Positions 37,148-46,326 are shown, counted from the first letter of the stretch. The stretch: DNA of 64,000 nt from Candidatus Saccharimonadales bacterium (GCA_035480035.1 DATIID010000008.1:9721-73720); one strand, 5' to 3'. Numbers and translations are program-made. The notes: generated from the letters alone by a model not told the origin.

Positions 37148-37708
37148 TCACAGCTCGGTTTTACCCTTGAAATATTCGAGATAATGCTGCAGTTCGGCAA
37201 TCGACGCTTGGATATCGTCAAAAGCCCGATGAACCTCTTTTTTCTCAAAAACTTCACCGTATTTTCCCTGCATAAAGATTTTCCAAGCACTGACGTCGAG
37301 CATCCGGTAATGCAATCTTAAATCCAGGTTTTGCATCCATTGTTTGATAAATAAACGGTCGTTATAGATTGAGTTACCGGCCAGCACCGCCATTTCTTCA
37401 CCAAACTGTTCGCTAACCAATTTGACTAATTCCTGTTCGACCTCACTTAGCGGTTTACCACTATCGAGTTTGTCCAAAAACTCGTCGCGGTTTGATGGAA
37501 AATCGCGCCACCAGATGTTTTTTTGCATGCGCTCCAACACAACTTCCCTTTTTTGTTTGATACGTGATTCGTAACTGGCCAGAGTTTTGAAGTTAAAATC
37601 GGTAATCTCGACAGCTATTTCCAAAATGACGTCTTTGGCTGCTTCCAAACCGGTCATCTCTAGATCTACCCAGAGTAACTTGGTGGGCACAGTATTTTTA
37701 TCAAGCAT
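37148..37708 (-). CDS. orn: oligoribonuclease (DEDDh)
   Basis: LLWVDLEMTGL...ILEIAV...AGNSIYNDRLFI...HRAFDDIQASI. Confidence 0.9.
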   Translation of the reverse strand: MLDKNTVPTKLLWVDLEMTGLEAAKDVILEIAVEITDFNFKTLASYESRIKQKREVVLERMQKNIWWRDFPSNRDEFLDKLDSGKPLSEVEQELVKLVSEQFGEEMAVLAGNSIYNDRLFIKQWMQNLDLRLHYRMLDVSAWKIFMQGKYGEVFEKKEVHRAFDDIQASIAELQHYLEYFKGKTEL

Positions 37709-37715
37709 TGCCGCT

Positions 37716-37740
37716 AGTATATCAGCTAATGAGCTATAAT
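37716..37740. promoter_or_regulatory. back-to-back -10 boxes in the 38-bp divergent spacer (TATACT for orn, TATAAT for the M15 peptidase)
   Basis: Minus-strand TATACT at 37721..37716 lies 7 nt from the orn ATG at 37708. Plus-strand TATAAT at 37735..37740 lies 6 nt from the GTG at 37747. Confidence 0.5.
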
Positions 37741-37746
37741 TAACTC

Positions 37747-38463
37747 GTGAAAAAAGTCTATATTTTCGTCGCGCTGGTAGTCATTCTAATCTTTGCGGTT
37801 GGCTGGCGGGCGTACGCGCCGGGCTCATCAAATAGTTCAATTTTTGGCAATAAATCCAAATCTACCAAAACTACTACCAAAAAAATTTCACCGTCATTCA
37901 ATAAGAATAAACATTCGATTAGCGACCCTAGGAGTATCTGGATAGTTGTTAACAAACAGCGACCACTTAAACCAATTGATTACACACCGCTTGATTTAAC
38001 ACCGGTTGGCAACGGTCAACTTATGCGTAAAGAAGCGGCGGCGGCATTAGCTAATCTGATTGCGGCGGCGGCTGGACAAGGCTTAAAAATTACGGCGGAT
38101 AGCGGCTATCGGTCTTATGCCATTCAGGTAAGCGTTTATAACAATGAGGTTAGGCAGCACGGTCAGGCTGTGGCCGACAGCGAGAGTGCCAAACCAGGTT
38201 ATAGCGAACATCAGACCGGTTTCGCCGTTGATGTCGGGGGTGGTGGTTGCAACATCGAGGATTGTTTCGCCAATACCAAAGAGGGTAAATGGGTTGCTGA
38301 GCATGCCTATGAATACGGTTTTATCCTGCGCTACACGGCTGACAAACAATCAGTGACTGGCTACCGTTACGAACCCTGGCACATCCGTTATGTTGGCACC
38401 GAATTGTCCACTGAGATGAACAATGATGGCATCACTACGCTAGAGGAATTCTTCGGGCTTTAA
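37747..38463 (+). CDS. D-alanyl-D-alanine carboxypeptidase, M15B/VanY family
   Basis: SGYRSY...SEHQTGFAVDV...EPWHIRYVG zinc-binding and catalytic motifs. N-terminal TM anchor. Confidence 0.9.
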   Translation: MKKVYIFVALVVILIFAVGWRAYAPGSSNSSIFGNKSKSTKTTTKKISPSFNKNKHSISDPRSIWIVVNKQRPLKPIDYTPLDLTPVGNGQLMRKEAAAALANLIAAAAGQGLKITADSGYRSYAIQVSVYNNEVRQHGQAVADSESAKPGYSEHQTGFAVDVGGGGCNIEDCFANTKEGKWVAEHAYEYGFILRYTADKQSVTGYRYEPWHIRYVGTELSTEMNNDGITTLEEFFGL

Positions 38464-39047
38464 GCCTTACTGCGAGCGGCTGACAGCGCGTTTGAATACC
38501 AAGTTAGCTCATCAAGCAAATGCTCAATCGTGACATGTGGTCCATGTTCCTGACTAGTGATTGTTTTGCTCAAGTTTCCATCGTCATCAAAATTCTCACT
38601 GACTCGGTGAGTAAAAGCTATATTTGTCGAGATAGCCATACCTCTGACTTCAGAAATAATGTGCTTCAAATGCCCAGCTGCCCTGGCTCCACCGGCACCA
38701 CCGTGACTAACAATCGCGAATGGCTTTTTTTGAACTTGCCAGTCTAGATAGTCAAAGGCGTTTTTAAGAACTCCGGGAATCGAGTGGTTATACTCAGGTG
38801 TAACCACAATATAAGCATCCTGGTCCTGTAGTTTGTCCAGCCACTTTTTGGGGACACCGCTGAGGTTGCGGTTCGGATTAAACTTAGGTGAAATCGGTTC
38901 ATTGAAAAACGGTAACGGATATTCTCTGAGATCCAAATATTCTACTTCAAGGTCCTGGCGCTGTCTAGCAGTCTTAACGACCCACTCAGCCAGCCTTTCA
39001 GTTGCTCGGCCTTCTCGTATAGAACCTAAAATTATGCCTACTTTCAT
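38460..39047 (-). CDS. NAD(P)H-dependent FMN reductase family oxidoreductase
   Basis: MKVGIILGSIREGR...VVTPEYNHSIPGVLKNAFDYL. AGGAGA Shine-Dalgarno before the ATG at 39047. The ORF track starts at 39101. Confidence 0.85.
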   Translation of the reverse strand: MKVGIILGSIREGRATERLAEWVVKTARQRQDLEVEYLDLREYPLPFFNEPISPKFNPNRNLSGVPKKWLDKLQDQDAYIVVTPEYNHSIPGVLKNAFDYLDWQVQKKPFAIVSHGGAGGARAAGHLKHIISEVRGMAISTNIAFTHRVSENFDDDGNLSKTITSQEHGPHVTIEHLLDELTWYSNALSAARSKA

Positions 39048-39071
39048 ATTTTCTCCTAATCTTTTTGATGG

Positions 39072-39117
39072 TATACTTTGTATAGTATTGATAATACGCA
39101 CAATACTATACTTTGTA
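39072..39117. promoter_or_regulatory. probable HxlR operator: a 10-bp perfect inverted repeat flanked by an 11-bp direct repeat
   Basis: TATAGTATTG (39081..39090), then N10, then CAATACTATA (39101..39110). TATACTTTGTA occurs at 39072..39082 and again at 39107..39117. Located between the divergent FMN reductase and hxlR-like genes. Confidence 0.55.
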
Positions 39118-39121
39118 AAGC

Positions 39122-39457
39122 ATGAAAAAATTACTCTCGAATTCCACGGTTACTGAAGAAAAAGAAGGTTGTATTGCTAATTGCTTGTTGATTCTAGGTA
39201 ATAAGTGGACTGCCCTGATTCTGACAGAGCTGACCTCAGGCACAAAGCGTTTTACCGAAATCGAAAGACAGCTTGATGGTATCAGCCCACGTACCTTATC
39301 TCAACGGCTCGAAGATTTAGTTGGGCACAAGATAATTACTAAACAAAGCTTCGCCGAAGTACCGCCACGAACTGAATATGCCCTAACCCCTAAGGGTCGT
39401 GACTTTATACCAATTTTGCAGCAAATGGCTGATTGGGGCACCAAGTATACTGGTTAA
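39122..39457 (+). CDS. HxlR-family winged-helix transcriptional regulator
   Basis: [40 protein letters not shown]...EYALTPKG. Confidence 0.9.
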   Translation: MKKLLSNSTVTEEKEGCIANCLLILGNKWTALILTELTSGTKRFTEIERQLDGISPRTLSQRLEDLVGHKIITKQSFAEVPPRTEYALTPKGRDFIPILQQMADWGTKYTG

Positions 39458-39852
39458 GGCTTAATCTCAGGCTTAAAATCTAAACAAACTGAGTTGATGC
39501 AATAGCGTTGGCCGGTCTTATCGGCTGGACCATCATCAAAGACATGACCAAGGTGGGCGCCACATTTAGAACAAACTACTTCAGTGCGGCTCATCCTCAG
39601 ACTATTGTCGGTCTCTAATTTTACGGCTCCAGTTTTGGCAACATCGTAAAAGCTTGGCCAGCCGCTGCCGCTGTCGAATTTGGTGTCCGAGCTAAACAAT
39701 TCCTGACCACAGTTAATGCAGGTATACATCCCATTGTCTTTGTTATGCAAGAATTTGCCAGTAAATGGTTGCTCCGTAGCTTTATCAAATAACACCCGCT
39801 TTTGTTCGTCGGTTAAATCAGTGTTTAGTTGTTTCGGTTTGTCAGAGCTCAT
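39454..39852 (-). CDS. msrB: peptide-methionine (R)-S-oxide reductase
   Basis: CINCGQELF...GWPSF...[16 protein letters not shown]...RYCINS. Confidence 0.95.
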   Translation of the reverse strand: MSSDKPKQLNTDLTDEQKRVLFDKATEQPFTGKFLHNKDNGMYTCINCGQELFSSDTKFDSGSGWPSFYDVAKTGAVKLETDNSLRMSRTEVVCSKCGAHLGHVFDDGPADKTGQRYCINSVCLDFKPEIKP

Positions 39853-40241
39853 TTTTTGGTCTTATCGAGTCGGTCTAATTTAAGCCGTTTAACCACAAAA
39901 TATACTATTGCCAAGATGATGATGAAGTTAATCAGGGCGTTCAGAAATGAACCGTAACTCAATGGGTTGGTGCATTTAGTACCAACTGATTTCAAGCACC
40001 ATGTTTTTTCAGCCAACTGACCACCGCCATACAGCATACCAGCCAGCGGATTAACCACATTTTGGACGAACGAATCGACTAAGCTCTTGGCCGCCAAACC
40101 AACGGTTAAACCAATGGCTATGCCAACCACCCCTTGCTCGCGGACAAAATTAACGAATCCCTGCAGCCACTTTGGCGCTTGAATCGCTGGTAAAACTACT
40201 ACTACTTGTCGACTTTCTGGTCTGCTCTTCTCTTCAGCCAT
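39849..40241 (-). CDS. mscL: large-conductance mechanosensitive channel
   Basis: [22 protein letters not shown]...VNPL pattern and size. Its stop overlaps the msrB start. Confidence 0.88.
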   Translation of the reverse strand: MAEEKSRPESRQVVVVLPAIQAPKWLQGFVNFVREQGVVGIAIGLTVGLAAKSLVDSFVQNVVNPLAGMLYGGGQLAEKTWCLKSVGTKCTNPLSYGSFLNALINFIIILAIVYFVVKRLKLDRLDKTKK

Positions 40242-40300
40242 TGCTAAATACCTCTTAATCCACCATAAATAATGTTCTTATTTTACCACTTTGCTGTTAA

Positions 40301-41959
40301 TTACATTTTTTCTGGGGCATTAATGCTTAATAAGCCTAGGCCGTTTTTCAAAACATCGGCGTAAGATTTTACTAGTTTGATTCGAATCGTTTGCCGCTTG
40401 TCGTCAATTACCCGATTTTTTTCGTAAAAATGATTGAAAGTTTGGGCTAGTTCATACAAATAGGTGCAGATGTGGTGCGGCATTAATTCATCAACGGCTT
40501 TGTCGACAACTTCGGTAAATTCGCTAATTTTACGAGTCAAACTACGTTCGTCAGCCTGCAAATCGGTTGCTTTAGCTTCACCCGCTTTGGCCTTAGCTAA
40601 AATCGAACAAGCTCGGGCGTGAGCGTACTGCAAATATGGCCCGCTATTTCCCTGTAAACTAACCGATTCGTCGGGATCGTAGATAATATCAGCGCCCATA
40701 CGTTGCTTTAAAAAGGCGTATTTGACGGCGCCGAGTTCTACAGCTTCATCAGATTGCTCGCGAACTTTTTGGTTGGCTTTAGCCGCCGCGTCTAATAGGT
40801 CTTGAGCCTTCAAAACATTGCCTTTGCGGCTACTCATCTTAGTACCGCCAGCCAGTTTAATCATACCGTGGGTTAAATGAATCGTATTTTGGACCAGTTC
40901 GGGTTCAAATTGTTCAATACTTTTAAGTACCACTTTCATGTATTCAACAATGTCATTGCCAGTAATAACCACTGATTTATCAAAGTGGTAATCTTGCCAC
41001 TTGGCCATGATTAGGCCAACATCTTTAGCTTCATAAGTCGGCAAGCCTTCGGAATTGATGAAAACTCGGGTGTGCAAATCATAGCGTTCACCATCGAACA
41101 CTACCGCGCCGTCACTTTGCTTGTAGACACCGCGTTTAAGCTGTTGTTTAACGACCTTCAGACCAATTGGCGCCGTCTCGCTCTCGGGGTAATACTTCTC
41201 AAATTTAGTTCCTAGCTGTTCATAAAATTCATTGAAATAATCATAACTCCACTGTCGACAGGTCCAGTAAATTTTGGCAAAGTCCGAAGTTTTATCGTGA
41301 CTATCAAACAAGTCGTAAACTCGTTTATTGATCGATACGATGGCCCGTCGGGCATCGTCATTGTCTTCGTAGACGTCGTTGCCCTCGACATAACGCTGGC
41401 TGAGCCAATCGGCCCGCTCAATACTGCTGACTTTGGCCAGCTCATTTGGATTTTCGCCACCCAGTTTTTGAATAATCGCCCACATCGACTTAGCCACGTG
41501 CAGGCCAACGTCACCGCCAAAGTTAACGCGGTGGACTTCGGCACCAGCCGTTTCGAGCAAATTGGCAATGGCATCACCAACTACACTTGTATACAAATGG
41601 CCGGCATGGAGAACCTTAAACGGGTTTGGATCGGAATATTCTGCTACAGCAACCTGGCCTTTAAGCGACTGAGCAATTTTTTGGTCTAAAGATTTAAGTA
41701 GTGACTCATCACTCAGCCAAATATTAATAAAACCGGGTCCGGCGACCTCTGTTTTTTTGATAGCTGGGGATTTAATCGAAGCCGATAATTTCTCAGCAAT
41801 GATGCGAGGGTTTTGGCCCAATTTTTGGCCAAGCTGGAGTGCAACGTTGGTAGCATAATCGCCAAATTGTTCATCCGGACGCGTTAGGACTGGTTCGATT
41901 TTGATATCGAACAAATCTTGGCAAGCCCGCGCAATCGCCTGTTCAATCTCTGTCTTCAC
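40301..41959 (-). CDS. argS: arginine--tRNA ligase
   Basis: Class I HIGH-type motif (NPFKVLHAGHLY), anticodon-binding DALR domain, terminal M. Confidence 0.97.
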   Translation of the reverse strand: MKTEIEQAIARACQDLFDIKIEPVLTRPDEQFGDYATNVALQLGQKLGQNPRIIAEKLSASIKSPAIKKTEVAGPGFINIWLSDESLLKSLDQKIAQSLKGQVAVAEYSDPNPFKVLHAGHLYTSVVGDAIANLLETAGAEVHRVNFGGDVGLHVAKSMWAIIQKLGGENPNELAKVSSIERADWLSQRYVEGNDVYEDNDDARRAIVSINKRVYDLFDSHDKTSDFAKIYWTCRQWSYDYFNEFYEQLGTKFEKYYPESETAPIGLKVVKQQLKRGVYKQSDGAVVFDGERYDLHTRVFINSEGLPTYEAKDVGLIMAKWQDYHFDKSVVITGNDIVEYMKVVLKSIEQFEPELVQNTIHLTHGMIKLAGGTKMSSRKGNVLKAQDLLDAAAKANQKVREQSDEAVELGAVKYAFLKQRMGADIIYDPDESVSLQGNSGPYLQYAHARACSILAKAKAGEAKATDLQADERSLTRKISEFTEVVDKAVDELMPHHICTYLYELAQTFNHFYEKNRVIDDKRQTIRIKLVKSYADVLKNGLGLLSINAPEKM

Positions 41960-41983
41960 TGTTTAAAGTATAACAAAAGGAGC

Positions 41984-42664
41984 TTAATCGCTTTTGATAG
42001 CTCGGACAAATTGCCAGGCCACCAAATAAACACTACCGATTAGCGCAAAAAAGGTAGCGGTGGTGACAAACGCTTGTGGATGGGCGCCTGGGTTAATGAT
42101 GCGATCCGATACATCAAACAAAATACCGGCTGGATTAACAATCACATCCCAGGTATTCCAACGTAAATAACGGCCTAAATAAATGGCAAAGCTCGAGGCA
42201 AACAAAGTTAGCCCAATCAATACGTAGGCAGTTCTGGCTTTGAGCCGCTTAACCAGCTGTTTATGAACCACAAACACGCTCGCCAAGCCGCTAACAAAGC
42301 CATTGAAGCTGAATGACAATAGCATAACCACGTCATATAGCACGGTAGCTTGACTTGATAATGGTAAGTGAATTAAATCAGTCGCCAGGTAAAAACTATT
42401 TGGTAAAAAACCTAACCATACGACAGTTAGCAGCATGGCTTGCCAGCTTAACCACGAATGATCGTTCAAATAAGTTTTTAAAATCATGGCAAAAAACAGT
42501 GCCAACCATGCTAAGAACAAATTCCAAACCAAAAAGCCAAAATCAGTTGAACTGTTGGCGACCATTTTTATTAGCAATAAGCCAATGCTAACAGCGTTAC
42601 TGATAATCAGAGCTGTCAGAATTCCACTGTATCGCCCATTCAATTTGGCGAATGCGCGCCCCAT
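41984..42664 (-). CDS. DUF1361-family integral membrane protein
   Basis: WNLFLAWLA and LGFLPNSFYLATDLIHL match the DUF1361 signature as I recall it. Confidence 0.65.
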   Translation of the reverse strand: MGRAFAKLNGRYSGILTALIISNAVSIGLLLIKMVANSSTDFGFLVWNLFLAWLALFFAMILKTYLNDHSWLSWQAMLLTVVWLGFLPNSFYLATDLIHLPLSSQATVLYDVVMLLSFSFNGFVSGLASVFVVHKQLVKRLKARTAYVLIGLTLFASSFAIYLGRYLRWNTWDVIVNPAGILFDVSDRIINPGAHPQAFVTTATFFALIGSVYLVAWQFVRAIKSD

Positions 42665-42707
42665 AACCGCTTAAGTATAGCATCTAACAGATTAGGCCAT
42701 AACATCG

Positions 42708-42713
42708 TATAAT
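42708..42713 (+). promoter_or_regulatory. TATAAT -10 box 6 nt upstream of the ATG at 42720 (leaderless geometry)
   Basis: cgTATAATataggcATG read directly. The -35 region is weak. Confidence 0.45.
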
Positions 42714-42719
42714 ATAGGC

Positions 42720-43346
42720 ATGCAAATACTGGATTCGATTCGTGATCTGGTCCGATCAGTTATGAAAAGCCTGGCTAAGGCTTTGAATAGTTTAACGGGT
42801 GGCAGTTTAAGCCCCAACACCGTAACGATTGTCGGGTTGTTGGCTCATTTACCGATTGCCTACTTGATAGCGACCCGGCATAATCTGCGAGCCGCTGTTC
42901 TATTGGTCATTTTTGGATTGTTTGATACTTTGGACGGCGAACTGGCACGTCTTCAGAAGCGTGATAGCGCTGCCGGCATGCTACTAGACGCCACGACTGA
43001 TCGATTCAAAGAAGTCATGCTCTACACTGGTGCCGCCTACGCCATTGCTGGCAGCGGTCGACCATTGATGGCCGGTTGGGCAGTGGTAGCTTGCGGGGCT
43101 AGCCTGTGCGTCAGTTACGTTAAGGCTAAGGGTGAAACCGCAGTTGCTAAAAGTCATTTGAGCGTTAGCGAAATCAACCGACTGTTTGCTGATGGCTTAA
43201 TGCGCTTTGAAGTGCGGATGACCATTTTGGTCATCGGCCTACTTAGTAATCGCATTATTTTAGCTATCGTAGTAATCGCTGTGTTTTCATCGCTCACTGC
43301 AATTAATCGCCTGGTAAATATAAGCACCAAGCTCAAAGATGTTTAA
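42720..43346 (+). CDS. CDP-alcohol phosphatidyltransferase family protein
   Basis: Complete D-x2-DG-x2-AR-x8-G-x3-D-x3-D motif (DTLDGELARLQKRDSAAGMLLDATTD). Multi-TM. Confidence 0.9.
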   Translation: MQILDSIRDLVRSVMKSLAKALNSLTGGSLSPNTVTIVGLLAHLPIAYLIATRHNLRAAVLLVIFGLFDTLDGELARLQKRDSAAGMLLDATTDRFKEVMLYTGAAYAIAGSGRPLMAGWAVVACGASLCVSYVKAKGETAVAKSHLSVSEINRLFADGLMRFEVRMTILVIGLLSNRIILAIVVIAVFSSLTAINRLVNISTKLKDV

Positions 43347-43992
43347 AGTCGACTTGCACACTCACTCCACGGCTTCGCCGGACGGTGGTATTTCAATTGA
43401 TCATTATCAAAAAGCGATTGACGAAAAATTACTCGATGTGGTCGCCATAACTGATCATAACCAGATAGAATTTGCGTTAAAGATTAAGAAACTACTGGGC
43501 GACCACGCGATTGTCGGTGAAGAAATTATGACAACCGAAGGTGAAATTATCGGCCTTTTCTTAAGTCAAATCATCCCGCCTGGCCTTAGCCCTCAGGAAA
43601 CAGTTCAGCAGATTAAGGCTCAAAAAGGCTTAGTTTATATTCCTCACCCATTCGAAACAATACGCCATGGTTTGCATCCGGAAATTATTGAAAGTTTAGT
43701 CGAGCAGATTGATATAATCGAAATTTATAATGGTCGGGCCTTCGCTCAAGACCGTAGTTCGCAAGCTGTGGTTTTTGCTAAACTCAACCAATTAATCGGC
43801 GTGGCCAGCAGTGACGCTCATGGTTATTTGGGTCTGGGCAAGACTTATACAGGGGTCAGCCATATGCCTGACAATGTTAATTTGCTTGAGCTCTTATCAA
43901 GTGGTACGCCAATTGTTAGCAACCCTGGTCTCCGCGAACTACTTTATCCAAAGTTTCATCGTCTAAGAAAAAGGATTAAAAAAGACAGATGA
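43339..43992 (+). CDS. PHP-domain metal-dependent phosphoesterase
   Basis: DLHTHS, ITDHN, GEEI, IPHPF and SSDAHG, the full set of PHP metal ligands. It overlaps the upstream stop by 8 nt. Confidence 0.85.
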   Translation: MFKVDLHTHSTASPDGGISIDHYQKAIDEKLLDVVAITDHNQIEFALKIKKLLGDHAIVGEEIMTTEGEIIGLFLSQIIPPGLSPQETVQQIKAQKGLVYIPHPFETIRHGLHPEIIESLVEQIDIIEIYNGRAFAQDRSSQAVVFAKLNQLIGVASSDAHGYLGLGKTYTGVSHMPDNVNLLELLSSGTPIVSNPGLRELLYPKFHRLRKRIKKDR

Positions 43993-44531
43993 ATAGTCTA
44001 TGGTCAGACATATTTTGGGCGTTTTGGTTTTTCTTGCCAGCCGGGGTGGCCAACATGACACCACCAATCGCAAACAAAATTCCCTTATTAGCCAAGTGGA
44101 ATACACCGATGGATTTTGGTAGATCATTTCGCGGCAAACGCATTTTTGGCGACAACAAACGGTGGCGCGGGCTAGTTTTCGGCACGCTCATGGCAGGTTT
44201 GGTCGGTGGTTTTGAATACTCGTACTTAGTGGCACTCGATGCCGGCCATTTAATCGCTACCTTCGTACTTTTAGGCATATTAATGGGGCTGGGTGCATTA
44301 ACAGGCGATGCTATCGCTAGCTTTTTTAAACGACAACTTAAGATTGATTCCGGTAAAAGCTGGTTCCCGTTTGATCAAACCGATTATATTATCGGTGGCA
44401 TTTTGTTTAGTTATCCGGTATTCCACTACACCGTCCGACAAATGGTACTTATTCTAAGTATTTATTTTGGCCTACATCTGTTAATTGCCTATATCGGCTA
44501 TTTGCTAAAGTTCAAAGACCGTCCGATTTAA
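43989..44531 (+). CDS. CDP-archaeol synthase (CarS, DUF46) family membrane cytidylyltransferase homolog
   Basis: TPMDFGRSFRGKRIFGDNKRWRG and GDAIASFFKRQL follow the CarS/DUF46 pattern, with about 5 TM helices. ATGA overlap with the PHP gene. Confidence 0.75.
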   Translation: MNSLWSDIFWAFWFFLPAGVANMTPPIANKIPLLAKWNTPMDFGRSFRGKRIFGDNKRWRGLVFGTLMAGLVGGFEYSYLVALDAGHLIATFVLLGILMGLGALTGDAIASFFKRQLKIDSGKSWFPFDQTDYIIGGILFSYPVFHYTVRQMVLILSIYFGLHLLIAYIGYLLKFKDRPI

Positions 44532-44974
44532 CAAATTTGCTTAGCTGGATGCTCGACGTAGCTTGGAACACCTTCTTCACTGCAAGCTTCGCTTAAGCGA
44601 GCGCCGTCAAAAGTTAGAACCAAGCTATTAGGATCATTTGGATCTTTTTGGCATTCCATCTCGCCCAGTTTGTTAACGCTGTCATCATTGTACAAATCAG
44701 GACTGGAATGATCGCGAATACCTAAACCTCTAGCGGCAAGTTTTTGATATTCCAGCAATTTGTAGGGATCGGTAGCAGATCGATAGTTAGGGCTAGAAGG
44801 ATCCGTGGTAACAGTGATGTCGCTGGCTAAACCATTACAAACCGTAACTTTGTTACCGCGACCACTACCAAAAGTAGTACAAGCCGTGGCGCCTAAACTC
44901 AAAAGGCCAACCATTGTCAACGCTTTGACTTTTTTCGCTACATTAGGGTTATCACTAAAAATTTCTGAATGCAT
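44528..44974 (-). CDS. probable secreted protein or lipoprotein (148 aa)
   Basis: GAGGTG Shine-Dalgarno. The signal-like segment ends in LGATAC, a possible lipobox. Four further Cys residues. Confidence 0.55.
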   Translation of the reverse strand: MHSEIFSDNPNVAKKVKALTMVGLLSLGATACTTFGSGRGNKVTVCNGLASDITVTTDPSSPNYRSATDPYKLLEYQKLAARGLGIRDHSSPDLYNDDSVNKLGEMECQKDPNDPNSLVLTFDGARLSEACSEEGVPSYVEHPAKQIC

Positions 44975-45027
44975 AACACCTCAGTTATAAAGTTTATTAT
45001 ATACTATCTGCACTCTTTTTTCAATGA

Positions 45028-45759
45028 TTATTTTGATTCGGCTTTCACAAAACACTCTAGGCACAACATTGATTTCAGCATGTCGTCTGGCGTGTTTTTA
45101 ATCATGGCTTCAGTCTGTGACGGCATGGCTTTTAGGGCTTGGTATTTTTGGTCAATTACCCGCTCTGGCAAATCATAGGCAATATCACAATCTTTGGCCT
45201 TGCGGGTTGGTGGTTTGTCGATATTGAAGTAAATATCAAATTTCTTGTCGGCTTCGATCATGTATTTTTGGTAATGGTCTTCTTCTTCGATAGTGTGGTA
45301 CACCTTGATATCTTTGCCTTCTGTCGCTAAGTCCACCCATTTAGAGACAGTTTGGTGATCAGTATGGCCGGTAATGCCGTCTGGCCCAAAAGTCAATATG
45401 CTGTCGGGCTGATATTTTTCAATTAAGTCTTTGATTTTGGCGACAGCTTCCCTGGTCTGCACACAATTACATAAACCATCTTGGTAATTTAGCCAGTAAT
45501 GATCTGTAATACCAATCTTCTTCAAAGCAGCTTGCATTTCTTTAGCGCGAATTTCGCCAAGTTTGGCGGCTGGCCAACGGCTTTCGTCCTGCACGCCAGC
45601 CTCGCCTTTAGTGGCTGTGATACAGACAACCTGTTGGCCATTTTTAACAGCAGTGGCCATGATACCGGCCGATGTGAATGATTCGTCGTCCGGATGAGCC
45701 CAGACCGACATAATTGTGCCCAATTGTTTAATGTCGTCTGGCGAGGTAATGCGGGCCAT
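45028..45759 (-). CDS. PIG-L/LmbE family N-acetylglucosaminyl deacetylase
   Basis: VWAHPDDESF and GHTDH motifs. Confidence 0.85.
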   Translation of the reverse strand: MARITSPDDIKQLGTIMSVWAHPDDESFTSAGIMATAVKNGQQVVCITATKGEAGVQDESRWPAAKLGEIRAKEMQAALKKIGITDHYWLNYQDGLCNCVQTREAVAKIKDLIEKYQPDSILTFGPDGITGHTDHQTVSKWVDLATEGKDIKVYHTIEEEDHYQKYMIEADKKFDIYFNIDKPPTRKAKDCDIAYDLPERVIDQKYQALKAMPSQTEAMIKNTPDDMLKSMLCLECFVKAESK

Positions 45760-45762
45760 GAT

Positions 45763-46326
45763 CTAGCCAGCCTTCCGCCCTACCAATGCTAAAAATTTAG
45801 TTTGGAGTGTGGCCGATTCTGGTACATCAACGGGTTTGCCAAACAGTCCGCTTTTGGCAAACCGGTCTTTTCGTGGCAAGACATAATCGTACATGGTCTT
45901 TAATACTTCAGGTTCAAAAATCAGATTGCAATTAATACTTTGCCCAACGTCCCAACCATGAATCATCATGTCGCGAGCCATTTCATCGATATAGTCAAAC
46001 ATTGACACATCGCCATAAGACAAATGGGCAGTTGCTTTGGAATCAGCTTTTTCAACTGCCGCTAAAGCATTATGACTAGCCCGGTCCCAAGCGGCTTGAA
46101 TATCTTTGCCAAGTAAATCGCCGTCAAAACGGTCGCCAACTTCTTTTACAGTTTTACCTTCAGCAATTTCTGGTAGCCACATCAGTTCATAAACCATATG
46201 GCCAACCAGATCGTGCAAGTTCCAATCAGTGCACGGCGTGTCATTAGTTAATTGGTCGTCTTGCACCAGCCGAACGCAATGTTCGGCCTGTGATAATGAG
46301 TGACGAAATAACTCTTTGGGGTCCAT
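45763..46326 (-). CDS. DinB-fold, mycothiol-dependent maleylpyruvate-isomerase-N-terminal-domain family protein (TIGR03086-like)
   Basis: TPCTDWNLHDLVGHMV signature. Size and C-terminal pattern fit the actinobacterial TIGR03083/03086 group as I recall it. Confidence 0.7.
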   Translation of the reverse strand: MDPKELFRHSLSQAEHCVRLVQDDQLTNDTPCTDWNLHDLVGHMVYELMWLPEIAEGKTVKEVGDRFDGDLLGKDIQAAWDRASHNALAAVEKADSKATAHLSYGDVSMFDYIDEMARDMMIHGWDVGQSINCNLIFEPEVLKTMYDYVLPRKDRFAKSGLFGKPVDVPESATLQTKFLALVGRKAG

